Positions 9,456-17,601 of a stretch of 47,977 nucleotides of DNA are shown one piece after another; position 1 is the first letter of the stretch; each line of letters begins with the position of its first letter. The notes beneath the pieces were generated by a model that was not told the origin of the DNA, searched no databases, and saw only the letters and a program-made list of their open reading frames with translations. The stretch is from Kofleriaceae bacterium (lineage in GTDB: Bacteria; Myxococcota_A; Polyangia; Haliangiales; Haliangiaceae), in contig JBKJLC010000060.1 of assembly GCA_046597055.1 (NCBI GenBank), positions 1-47,977 on the forward strand, in the 5' to 3' direction. Made by a program: the position numbers and the translations under genes.

Positions 9456-9550
9456 CCACCCACGCCCTGTCGAATCGTAGGCTTGCGGCCCGCCGTGTCG
9501 CCGCCGACACGACCGCGTTCGCCGCCGGGACACGCGCCCGGGGGCGCCGA

Positions 9551-10246
9551 TCAGACCTGGGCGGTCTTGATGACTGCGGACGGACCGCGCCGGACGTCGG
9601 TGGCGTGGGGCAGCGTCTGGACCAGGCCGCCGCTCAGCGGGTCGGCGTTGCGGTAGTGCACGACGATCTCGGCCGCGTCGCGGAGCATGTCGATGCGGTT
9701 GACCTGCACCCGCACGACCTCGAGGCCGGTGCGCGCGGTGATGTCGGCGTACAGCGCGGCCTGGTGCCCGGGCTTGAGCAGGCTCAGGTTGTCGTACAGC
9801 ATCGGGGTCTGGGCCAGGTTGCGCGCGGCCGAGCGCAGCTCGAACAGGGTGACGCCGGTGATCACGCCGTTGACCGCGAGCAGCTCGAGCAGGCTGACGC
9901 TCTTGTTGGCGACGCCGTTGAGGATGCCGAGCCCGATCACGATGAACAGGTACGTGAGATCCCGCATCCGGATCTCTTCGGTCCGGTAGCGCAGCATGCC
10001 GAACACCGCGAACAGGCCGAGCGCGAAGCCCAGCTCCATGGGCACCTTGCGCAGCAACACGCACAGCGAGAACGTGATCACGTTGAAGATCACGTAGGTG
10101 AACGCGAACTCGCGGCCTCGATACAGCCGGTAGTAGACCCCGTAGATCACGGTGAACGTGAAGAAGAGGTCGATACCCATGCGGGTACACATCTTCGCGA
10201 GGTCGGGCCAGTCGGCGATTTGCGCGTTGCCAAGAAGGTATTCCAC
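9551..10246 (-). CDS. DUF4956 family membrane protein
   Basis: GFALGLFAVFGMLRYRTE..RDLTYLF..I.LG signature, several TM helices, C-terminal L.ADI.ARTGL. GTG start 2 nt after the VTC gene stop. Confidence 0.88.
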   Translation of the reverse strand: MEYLLGNAQIADWPDLAKMCTRMGIDLFFTFTVIYGVYYRLYRGREFAFTYVIFNVITFSLCVLLRKVPMELGFALGLFAVFGMLRYRTEEIRMRDLTYLFIVIGLGILNGVANKSVSLLELLAVNGVITGVTLFELRSAARNLAQTPMLYDNLSLLKPGHQAALYADITARTGLEVVRVQVNRIDMLRDAAEIVVHYRNADPLSGGLVQTLPHATDVRRGPSAVIKTAQV

Positions 10247-10248
10247 GG

Positions 10249-11034
10249 TCAGATCCTTTCGAGCGTCTTGAGGGCGGGGAGCAGGCGGTTCCGACCCAGC
10301 TCGGGCCGCATGAGGCTGATCGCGGTGAAGTACTTGCTCATCGACATGACGCGGGCCCGCGCGTCCCGCAGCGCGCGCATGATGGGCGTGCGGAGGCAGT
10401 ACGGCCACTGCTTGACCTCGATCACCGCGAGGTGACCGAGTGCCCTGCCGACCACGCTGCCGGCGGCGCCACCCGCGGACAGGCCGAGGTCGATGGTCAG
10501 GCGCTCGTCGGAGGTCAGGCTCAGCAGGCTGACGCGCTGGTACAGGATCGAGATCTGCGGGTGAAGATCGTCGGCGATCGCGCCGATGATCGGCCGCAGG
10601 AAGTCGCGCTCGGCGGCGCCGAGCTGCTCCTGCAGGTAGGGCATCGGGATGCGCTTCTTGTCGGTCAGCACCTCGTTCTTCTTGGTCTTGACCTCGAGGA
10701 ACGTGAGCTTGCGATCGGGGTAGTGACGGACGCGGACCTTGTGGCGATTGCGGCGGCCGCGCCGGTGATCGTGCCAGCACTGCAGGGTCGACGTGTCGAA
10801 GTAGAGGCTGTCGTAGGAGGCCAGGCAGCCACTGTCGACGCGGAGGACGGCGTAGTCGTTGGTGAGGCCGCCGAGGATCTCGTTGAGCTTCTCGGTGGCG
10901 ACGACGAACTTCGAGTCGACGCGGCTGAGCAGCGTGCGCTGGCCGAGGAGCTCCATCGAGGCCGGCGCGAAGGAGCTGAACAGCTCCTCGAGCGGGTCGG
11001 GCTGGACGGCGATGCGGGCGGTGGCGGTGGACAT
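10249..11034 (-). CDS. VTC-domain polyphosphate polymerase-like protein (CYTH/TTM tunnel fold)
   Basis: RVDSKF, SLYFDT, RHKVRVRHY, FLEVKTK, YQRVSL, ERLTID, IEVK and SKY motifs; soluble, no TM segment. Confidence 0.88.
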   Translation of the reverse strand: MSTATARIAVQPDPLEELFSSFAPASMELLGQRTLLSRVDSKFVVATEKLNEILGGLTNDYAVLRVDSGCLASYDSLYFDTSTLQCWHDHRRGRRNRHKVRVRHYPDRKLTFLEVKTKKNEVLTDKKRIPMPYLQEQLGAAERDFLRPIIGAIADDLHPQISILYQRVSLLSLTSDERLTIDLGLSAGGAAGSVVGRALGHLAVIEVKQWPYCLRTPIMRALRDARARVMSMSKYFTAISLMRPELGRNRLLPALKTLERI

Positions 11035-11038
11035 CGAA

Positions 11039-12781
11039 CTACCTCGGGGGCGGGATCATGGCGGCGAAGTTCGCGCGCCGGTCCGCGAAGAACCAGTACA
11101 TGTCCGCCTGCGAGGCACGGACCTGGTCGGTGGTGTAGGGCTTGCGCGTGTCGAGCTCGAGATAGGGCTCGATCTGGCTCATCACTCGGGTGCGCTCGCC
11201 CGCGAGGTCCATGGTCTCGGTCAGGGCCAGGATCGACCAGGTTTGGTTGGCGTAGGCCTGGAAGCAGGCCGGCGACTCCTTGCACTTGCGCGCGAGCAGC
11301 GAGGTGACCGCGGTGACGTCGAGCTGGCCGGAGTAGAAGGTCTCGTCCATACCCCACGGCACGAACGCCAGCCGACCGCTGACCGCGTCGGCGTACACGA
11401 AGTAGTCGTCGCCGGGGATGCTGTACGGGAACGCGTCGAACTGCGCGACCACCGAGCACATCGCCCAGTACCTGAGGAACGCGGTCATGTCGAGGTAGTT
11501 GCCGGCGGCGGCGATCGCGGCGTCGGCCGACGGGTCGGTCAGCGCGGCGGCCAGGCCGGTCAGCAGCGACCGGTCGTCGGCGCCGAACTCGAGCTCGTAG
11601 CGGGGCACGTCAGCGGCGACGAAGTCGACGTCGGTCGCCTCGAACAGCGAGCCGGCGGCCTGGGGGAACCAGCGCCGCACCATCGACTTCTTGACGGTCT
11701 CGACGTTGGTGTAGACGCCATAGAACTGGCCGTTCACCGTGAGCAGCGCGTGGTTGGCCCGCGACGCCGGCACCCCCGCCGAGCGCGCCACCAGGTAGGC
11801 GAGCCGCTCGTGCATCATCGAGAGGTCGTTGCTCATGTTGTTGAGCGTCAGGTCCTTCAGGCCGAAGAACTTGGCGTCCACCGCGTACTCGTCGACGTTG
11901 ATGCGGAGCGACGGCTTCCGCGCCCAGGGCAGAAACGAGTTGGCTCCCTTCAGGCGCACGCCGACCGGGCCGTAGCGCCGGCCGTCGAACACCAGGTGGC
12001 CGGGCACGTACACCAGCGGCTGGGCCTCGAGCGACGCCGCCGCCTCGGGCGAGACCTCCAGCGCGAGCTGGAGCAGCACGTTGTAGCCGAGGATCCGCTC
12101 GCTGAGATCGCCTGCGGCCGGCACCGCCTCGGGCGGCGTGGAGGCCACGTCGAGGCCCATGGGTTGGCCCGCGCCGGCGGCGTTGGCGGTGCCCGGCGAC
12201 GGGTGCCACTCGATGGTCCAGCGGTCCGAGCCATCGGGGGTGCGCGCCGCCGAGAAGTCGACCTCCTGCGCACCGTAGCCGAGGCGGTCGATCCACGAGC
12301 CGTCGGGGCGGGCCAGGCCGAGCGCACCGCTGGCGTTGCCCAGCTTGAAGCCGAGGTGGGTGGGGCCGCGCGCGGGCAGGGCGTCGGCCCACAGGACCAG
12401 GAAGCCACCGGCAGGCACGGTCAGGCCGGGCGGCAGCGTGAACTTGAGCGGCATGGTCAGGTCGTCGGTCATGCCGTAGCCGTGCAGCGAGATCGCCTGG
12501 GCGCTCGGGTTGTAGATCTCGATCCAGTCGCTGGCCGCGCCCGCGTCCTCGATCGTGAGCGCGTTGGAGGTCATGAACTCGTTGATGGTCAGGCGACCGT
12601 CGACGTCGGGCGCGACCGAGGGCACCACCGCGTCGGCCGGCGGGCCAGCGTCGGGCGAGCTGCCGTCCGGCGCGCGACCATCGGTGACGTCGTCGTCGCC
12701 GCCGACGGCCGGGCTCTGGTCGCAGCCGAGCGCGCCCAGCACGGCGGCGGCCAGCGTTAGAGAGAGCAGGCCGCGGGTCAC
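11039..12781 (-). CDS. CotH kinase family lipoprotein with lamin-tail (LTD)-like domain
   Basis: Lipobox LGALGC; LTD-like INEFM..N...DWIEIYN...SPG..N; CotH motifs GVRLKG.NS, KPSLRI, LTLNN, ERLAY, GVPASRANHA.L.VNG.FYGVY..VE, PWGMDETF. GTG overlaps the upstream stop. Confidence 0.85.
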   Translation of the reverse strand: MTRGLLSLTLAAAVLGALGCDQSPAVGGDDDVTDGRAPDGSSPDAGPPADAVVPSVAPDVDGRLTINEFMTSNALTIEDAGAASDWIEIYNPSAQAISLHGYGMTDDLTMPLKFTLPPGLTVPAGGFLVLWADALPARGPTHLGFKLGNASGALGLARPDGSWIDRLGYGAQEVDFSAARTPDGSDRWTIEWHPSPGTANAAGAGQPMGLDVASTPPEAVPAAGDLSERILGYNVLLQLALEVSPEAAASLEAQPLVYVPGHLVFDGRRYGPVGVRLKGANSFLPWARKPSLRINVDEYAVDAKFFGLKDLTLNNMSNDLSMMHERLAYLVARSAGVPASRANHALLTVNGQFYGVYTNVETVKKSMVRRWFPQAAGSLFEATDVDFVAADVPRYELEFGADDRSLLTGLAAALTDPSADAAIAAAGNYLDMTAFLRYWAMCSVVAQFDAFPYSIPGDDYFVYADAVSGRLAFVPWGMDETFYSGQLDVTAVTSLLARKCKESPACFQAYANQTWSILALTETMDLAGERTRVMSQIEPYLELDTRKPYTTDQVRASQADMYWFFADRRANFAAMIPPPR

Positions 12782-14880
12782 GGCGCGCCCCCGACCAGGC
12801 CCATGTCGGCGCGGGTGCCATCCGGGTCCAACATCGACGGGTTGCCGGCGTCGCGGCAAGCGCTGCCCGGCTGCAGGCTGAGGTCGGCGGGCATGCTGGT
12901 GAACAGCGGATCCACCGAGAGGTTGCCCGCAGTGCCGGTCGGGTCGGCCATCCCGGCGAAGGTGGCCGGCAGCGTGTTGTTGTACTCCCACACCGGCGGC
13001 GTCGTCATGTCGGGGGTCGCGGCCGGCGCCGTCACCATCACGGCGGGCACCGAGGCGTCGAGGACGTTGTTGAAGAGGATCGAATTCTCGACGGTCAGCC
13101 CGCTGGCGTTGGTCCACAGCGCCGAGCCACCCTGCGCGGCGCGGTTGTTGTGGATGACCGTGAAGTCGATGCGGCCGATCGGGTTGACCGGCGGCGCGGG
13201 ACACGGCGGCACCTGGCACGGCTCCATCCACGGGCTGCCGACCGCGTGGTGGATCGCGCCACCGGTGTTCGCGCGGTTGCCCGAGAACACCGAGTCGGTG
13301 AGCGTGAAGTTGGTGGCGCGGACCATGAGCCCGCCGCCGAGGCCGGCGACGTTGTCGCGCACGCGCAGGCGCCGCAGGGTGATGGGTTGGAAGTTGTCGT
13401 CGATGAACAGCCCGGCGCCGCGCCAGGCGCGGTTGCCGGAGATCAGGACGTCCTCCATGAGCTGACCGTTCCAGGGCGCGAGCCAGAGGAAGACGCCGCC
13501 GCCGGAGCCGCCGGCGGTGTTGCCGGTGATCTCACCCCCGCGCATCACGCTGGCGTCGTTGTCGAGGTCGTAGCCGCCGCCGGTGCCGCCCGCCGTGTTG
13601 TTGCGGACGATGTTGTTCACGACCGTGCAGGCGACGTGCGAGATGCGGACGCCGCCGCCGGCATCGCCGGCCCGGTTGTTCTCGATGATGTTGGCCTCGA
13701 CCAGGCCCGCGCTCTCGAACATGCGCAGCCCGCCGCCGTCGTCGTTCGAGGTGTTGGCGGCGATCGTGTTGGCGCGGAAGGTCGGGGCGCCCTGGTGGAC
13801 ATAGATGCCGCCGCCGTCGTTCTCCGACGAGTTGCCACGGACGGTGTTGCCCTCGAACAGGAACGAGTAACCGACGGTGTGGACGCCGCCGCCGGTCCAG
13901 CCGGCGACGTTGTCGACCACCTGATTGCCGGTCACGGTGCCCTCGCTCATGTGATAGAGCCCGCCGCCGCGCAGCCCGGCGCGGTTGAGTCGCAGCTCGT
14001 TGCCGTCGATGACGACGGTGCCTCCGGCGGTCGCGAGCCCGGCGCCGTTGACGCCGGTGTTGTTGATGAACTGGTTCGCCCGGACCGTCCCGGTGCTGGC
14101 GGTCAGCGCGGCGCCACCGCCGGTGGGGCCACCGTCGTTCTGCTCGAAACGAGTGCCGCTGATGTCGACCGCACACAGCGAGGTGTACAAGCCGCCGCCG
14201 CCACCGGTGGCCCGGTTGGCCACGACCGCGCTGTCGCGCAGCTGCAGCGTGCTCGAGACGCAGCGGACGCCACCACCTTCGGTCGCGGTCGCGCCGTTGG
14301 TGAAGGTGAGGCCGGTGACGGTGACGCCCGCGCCGCCGGTCTGCTCGATGGTCAGGGCGGTGCCGGCCGCGCCGGCGTCGATGATCGTCGTCGCTGCGCC
14401 GGCACCGACCAGGCTGAGCGCCTTGCCCATGATGGCGAGGCGCTCCGGGTAGGTGCCGGCGCAGATCTGGATGGTGTCGCCGGCGCTGGCCGCCTGGATC
14501 GCGGCGCCGACGGTCGTGAACGTCGCACCGGCCGCGCAGACCTGCAGGGTCTGGGGCACGGGTGGGGCGTCGGTCGGTGCGTCGGTCCCCGTGCCAGCGT
14601 CGATGGCCGGAGCGGCGTCGATGACCGGGCCGGCGTCGGTGCCGGGGACAGGGCCACCGTCCGTGTCGGGATCGGGACCGGGATCTCGGCTGTCGCCAGG
14701 AGCTCCGTCCGGGGTGCCGTCGCCGGGACCTCCATCCGGGCTGCCGCTGCTGGCATCGCTCCCGGTGTCGTCATCATCGGAGCCCGAGCCGCCCGGTCCG
14801 GCTGTCCCGGAGCATCCAGTGAAAGCGACCAGAGCCCCCGTCAGAAGGGTCGAAACGATCCCGATGCCAGTCAGCCGCAT
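12778..14880 (-). CDS. Right-handed parallel beta-helix (pectin-lyase-like fold) lipoprotein
   Basis: Lipobox FTGC, acidic Gly/Pro linker, TVGAAIQAA..GDTI.I..GTY.E cap, many N.A...GGG turns, C-terminal DP.F...L.L..GSAC.DAG.P...D.DG.RADMG. ATG at 14880. Confidence 0.85.
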   Translation of the reverse strand: MRLTGIGIVSTLLTGALVAFTGCSGTAGPGGSGSDDDDTGSDASSGSPDGGPGDGTPDGAPGDSRDPGPDPDTDGGPVPGTDAGPVIDAAPAIDAGTGTDAPTDAPPVPQTLQVCAAGATFTTVGAAIQAASAGDTIQICAGTYPERLAIMGKALSLVGAGAATTIIDAGAAGTALTIEQTGGAGVTVTGLTFTNGATATEGGGVRCVSSTLQLRDSAVVANRATGGGGGLYTSLCAVDISGTRFEQNDGGPTGGGAALTASTGTVRANQFINNTGVNGAGLATAGGTVVIDGNELRLNRAGLRGGGLYHMSEGTVTGNQVVDNVAGWTGGGVHTVGYSFLFEGNTVRGNSSENDGGGIYVHQGAPTFRANTIAANTSNDDGGGLRMFESAGLVEANIIENNRAGDAGGGVRISHVACTVVNNIVRNNTAGGTGGGYDLDNDASVMRGGEITGNTAGGSGGGVFLWLAPWNGQLMEDVLISGNRAWRGAGLFIDDNFQPITLRRLRVRDNVAGLGGGLMVRATNFTLTDSVFSGNRANTGGAIHHAVGSPWMEPCQVPPCPAPPVNPIGRIDFTVIHNNRAAQGGSALWTNASGLTVENSILFNNVLDASVPAVMVTAPAATPDMTTPPVWEYNNTLPATFAGMADPTGTAGNLSVDPLFTSMPADLSLQPGSACRDAGNPSMLDPDGTRADMGLVGGAP

Positions 14881-14894
14881 GGTTCCGTCTCCAA

Positions 14895-14910
14895 TGCCAG
14901 TTCCGCGCCA
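14895..14910 (-). promoter_or_regulatory. sigma54-type -24/-12 promoter candidate
   Basis: Minus strand TGGCGCGGAACTGGCA (GG-N10-GC), 14 nt before the ATG at 14880. Confidence 0.45.
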
Positions 14911-15151
14911 CCACCTACCGGTCAAGCGACGGCTCGGCTGCGCCCAGTTACGACCTTCCCGATTGTGTGCGAGGTAACCAACTGTTGGCCGAGGCCACGC
15001 TTCGCGCGCACGTCGTGGCGATACCGCACGTCGTGAGGCGGTGGCGCGTACATCCCGCTCGGTGGCCCCGCCGGTGCGCGCGATCACGCCACGACCCGCG
15101 CGTTCCTGCCGCGGGCGTGCGCGACCGCGCCTCACCTGACTGCGCGGCCCG

Positions 15152-15192
15152 AAACGAAAGAAGCCCGCCGAACGACCAGGCGTTCGACGGGC
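15152..15192 (-). terminator. Rho-independent terminator after the 15210-16610 CotH gene
   Basis: Minus strand GCCCGTCGAACG-CCTGGT-CGTTCGGCGGGC stem-loop followed by TTCTTTCGTTT, 17 nt after the stop codon. Confidence 0.75.
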
Positions 15193-15209
15193 ACCGGGGG
15201 GGTGTCTGG

Positions 15210-16610
15210 TCACATGCAGACGGTTGCAGCGTCGACGGTGTCGACGTAGCCGTCGCAGTTGTCATCACGAAGATTGCAAATCTCGGCGGCGCCGGGGTGC
15301 ACGGCCGGATCCCGGTCATTGCAGTCGTGGCACATGTCGGTGCCGTCCCCATCGCCGTCCGGGCCGCCGCTGCGCTCGCAGGCGAGCCAGCTGTCGATGT
15401 ACGCGGCGCGATCCGACGTGAACTCACGCATCCGATCGACGGCGATATAATGAGCTTCCATCGCGAATGGCTTGTGCGAATCCTCGGCGATCGCAGTGAC
15501 GATCTGCTCCTGCCATCGCGTGATGCGCTGCTGCATCGCACCAGCGTCGAACATGCCGCGCGCCGCTGCGAGGCTCGCGACGTAGCGGGCGCGCACGGCC
15601 GGGTCGTTCAGGGCGACCAGGTAGTGGTGCCAGTCACCGTCCCAGCGCGACGCGCACGCCGGGAACACGGGCGACTCCACCGGCAACAAGTAGTCCTCGT
15701 CGATCGCGGTGTCGACGTCATGGGGTAGCCAGATGAAGCCGCGGGTCGGATGGTCATACAGGTAGAAGTTCGCGCGTCCGTTGTAGTAGCCGTCGGCGTC
15801 GCCGATCATCGCCTCGGTGGTCCACTCTTGCAGCGCGGCGTCGAGGTCGGCGAGCTGCTCGAGCCCGGCCACGTCGCGGATCGCCCACAGGGCGTTGATA
15901 CGTGTGGTGGTGTGGGTCAGCTCGTTGGTCTTGATGGCGAAACCGCCCGCCCACAGGTCGCCGTTGTCGGCTGCTCCGAAGTTGCGCTGGAGGAACTCCT
16001 TGTCGAGCCGCTCGAGGTTCGTATACAGGCCGTAGTACTGCCCGTTGATGTAGAGCCGCGCGTTGTTCGCGCACTGGGCCGGAACCCCGGCCTGGCGCAT
16101 GAAGGAGAGCGCCACCCGCTGCTTCAGGAAGCTCTGGTCGCTGCGGGGCATGTCGAGCTCGATCTTGCGGATACCCATGAAGCGGCCCGCGGGATCGACC
16201 TCGTTGAACGCGATCACGAACTGCATCTTCGGGTTGGCGTCGAGGTCGAGCGCCTGCAGCCAAGAGGTCGAGCCCTTGAGCCGGAGCAGCACGTTCGGCA
16301 CCGGCTCACCGGTCGTCGCGCCCTGCTTGTAGCGGAACTGGACCGGGTGATACGGCCGCGGGTCGAGCCCCTGGGCTTCCCGGTCGACGCGGTTCACGAA
16401 CTCGTTCTGGAGCGCGGCCAACTCGGTCGGTGAGATGTCGAGGTGGTACTCGGGCAGGATCCCCTGCGAGAACAGCTCGGGACAGTTGCCGTCCAGCTCG
16501 ACGTCCGGGACATCATCGCCGTCGTCGCCTCCGCCATCGCCGCCCATCGGCCCAGCTCCTCCACATCCGATCAACAGCAGTATCGGCAGGACCAGGATAG
16601 TGCGGTTCAT
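15210..16610 (-). CDS. CotH kinase family lipoprotein with C-terminal Cys/Asp putative metal-binding motif
   Basis: Lipobox LIGC; LRLKGSTS, GVPAQCANNARLYING.YYGLY.NLE, DGYY...NFYLY, LPHDVD; C-terminal DCNDRDPAVHPGAAEICNLRDDNCDG (MopE-like repeat common in myxobacteria). Confidence 0.85.
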   Translation of the reverse strand: MNRTILVLPILLLIGCGGAGPMGGDGGGDDGDDVPDVELDGNCPELFSQGILPEYHLDISPTELAALQNEFVNRVDREAQGLDPRPYHPVQFRYKQGATTGEPVPNVLLRLKGSTSWLQALDLDANPKMQFVIAFNEVDPAGRFMGIRKIELDMPRSDQSFLKQRVALSFMRQAGVPAQCANNARLYINGQYYGLYTNLERLDKEFLQRNFGAADNGDLWAGGFAIKTNELTHTTTRINALWAIRDVAGLEQLADLDAALQEWTTEAMIGDADGYYNGRANFYLYDHPTRGFIWLPHDVDTAIDEDYLLPVESPVFPACASRWDGDWHHYLVALNDPAVRARYVASLAAARGMFDAGAMQQRITRWQEQIVTAIAEDSHKPFAMEAHYIAVDRMREFTSDRAAYIDSWLACERSGGPDGDGDGTDMCHDCNDRDPAVHPGAAEICNLRDDNCDGYVDTVDAATVCM

Positions 16611-16612
16611 GA

Positions 16613-17551
16613 CTAAGCGTTTTGCACGCGCTGTGCCGGCGCGACGGCGGTCATCTCGGCCGAGCGGCGGCTGGCGCGGAGGGCCCGGCGAGCCGACAGG
16701 TCGTCCATCTCGACGAGGGTGGCCGGGTTGAAGGACAGGACGTCGAACTCACGCGCGGCAAAGGCGGCGTGGTCGCGGAGGCGGCTGATGCGACCGAGGT
16801 CGTCCTCGCTCTGCTGACCGGGCGTGGCCAGCTCACGGCTGAGCATGCGGTCGAGGACGGCAAGGGCATCGCGGGGCTGACCGGCGGCGATCTCCAGCTG
16901 AGCGAGCTTCTCCTCGATCTCGAACGAGCGCTCGGGTGCCCACGCCAGGGCCTGCTCGTAGTGCGCGCGGGCTTCGGCGGCGAGCGACGGCGCCACCGCC
17001 GGGTCGGCAATCCGGTTCAGCACGAGGCATGCGGACGCCTCTGCCACGGCGAGCGCCAGCTCCGCGTTCTTGGTGGTGCCGAGCAGCTCGCGCAGCGCGA
17101 CCATGCGGGCCTCACCGCGGAGCTCGATCTCCTCGAGCGTCAACGCGGCATCGAGCACAACGTCCGACGGACCATGCTCGAGCGCCCACCGGAGCACCGC
17201 GACGGCCGAGGCATCGCCGCTGCTCGACAGGGCCACCAGGGCCTCGAGCCGCTCGGCGGAGTCGCCGGTAAGGAGCCGGTCCAGGACCGGCGGCATCTCG
17301 CCGAGTCGTCCAACGTCGGAGATCGACAGGCGTCCGGGGGCAGGCTCCTGCACCGGCTCCAGGGCGACCGTGCCGCCGCGGGCGCGGCGCACGATCATGG
17401 CCAGGAGCAGCCCGGCGATCGGCACCAGCACCACCAGCGCGCACGCCAGAGCCCGGCGGCTCCGCGACACGCCGGGACGACTCGCGACCACCAGCGAAGG
17501 GGCTGCGAAAAGTGCCAGCCCACAGAAGACTACCGGTTGTACGTCGAACAT
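16613..17551 (-). CDS. pelE: PelE-like membrane protein (2 TM + HEAT/TPR helices)
   Basis: Two N-terminal TM segments (..LVPIAGLLL..), then ERLEALVAL...AVAVLRWAL.....DVVLDAALTLEEIE, a TPR (ARAHYEQAL) and C-terminal AAFAAREF. Architecture matches PelE and the gene is near pelFG. ATG 17551 preferred over 17578 from promoter position. Confidence 0.62.
   Translation of the reverse strand: MFDVQPVVFCGLALFAAPSLVVASRPGVSRSRRALACALVVLVPIAGLLLAMIVRRARGGTVALEPVQEPAPGRLSISDVGRLGEMPPVLDRLLTGDSAERLEALVALSSSGDASAVAVLRWALEHGPSDVVLDAALTLEEIELRGEARMVALRELLGTTKNAELALAVAEASACLVLNRIADPAVAPSLAAEARAHYEQALAWAPERSFEIEEKLAQLEIAAGQPRDALAVLDRMLSRELATPGQQSEDDLGRISRLRDHAAFAAREFDVLSFNPATLVEMDDLSARRALRASRRSAEMTAVAPAQRVQNA
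16623..16638 (-). promoter_or_regulatory. sigma54-type promoter candidate inside the 3' end of the pelE-like gene
   Basis: Minus strand CGGCACAGCGCGTGCA, 12 nt before the CotH ATG at 16610. Confidence 0.5.
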
Positions 17552-17566
17552 CGTGAAGGGGGCATC

Positions 17567-17582
17567 TGCATGCAGCATGCCG
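17567..17582 (-). promoter_or_regulatory. sigma54-type -24/-12 promoter candidate
   Basis: Minus strand CGGCATGCTGCATGCA, 15 nt before the ATG at 17551. Confidence 0.5.
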
Positions 17583-17601
17583 CCCTGCGAAGCAGGCCGT
17601 A

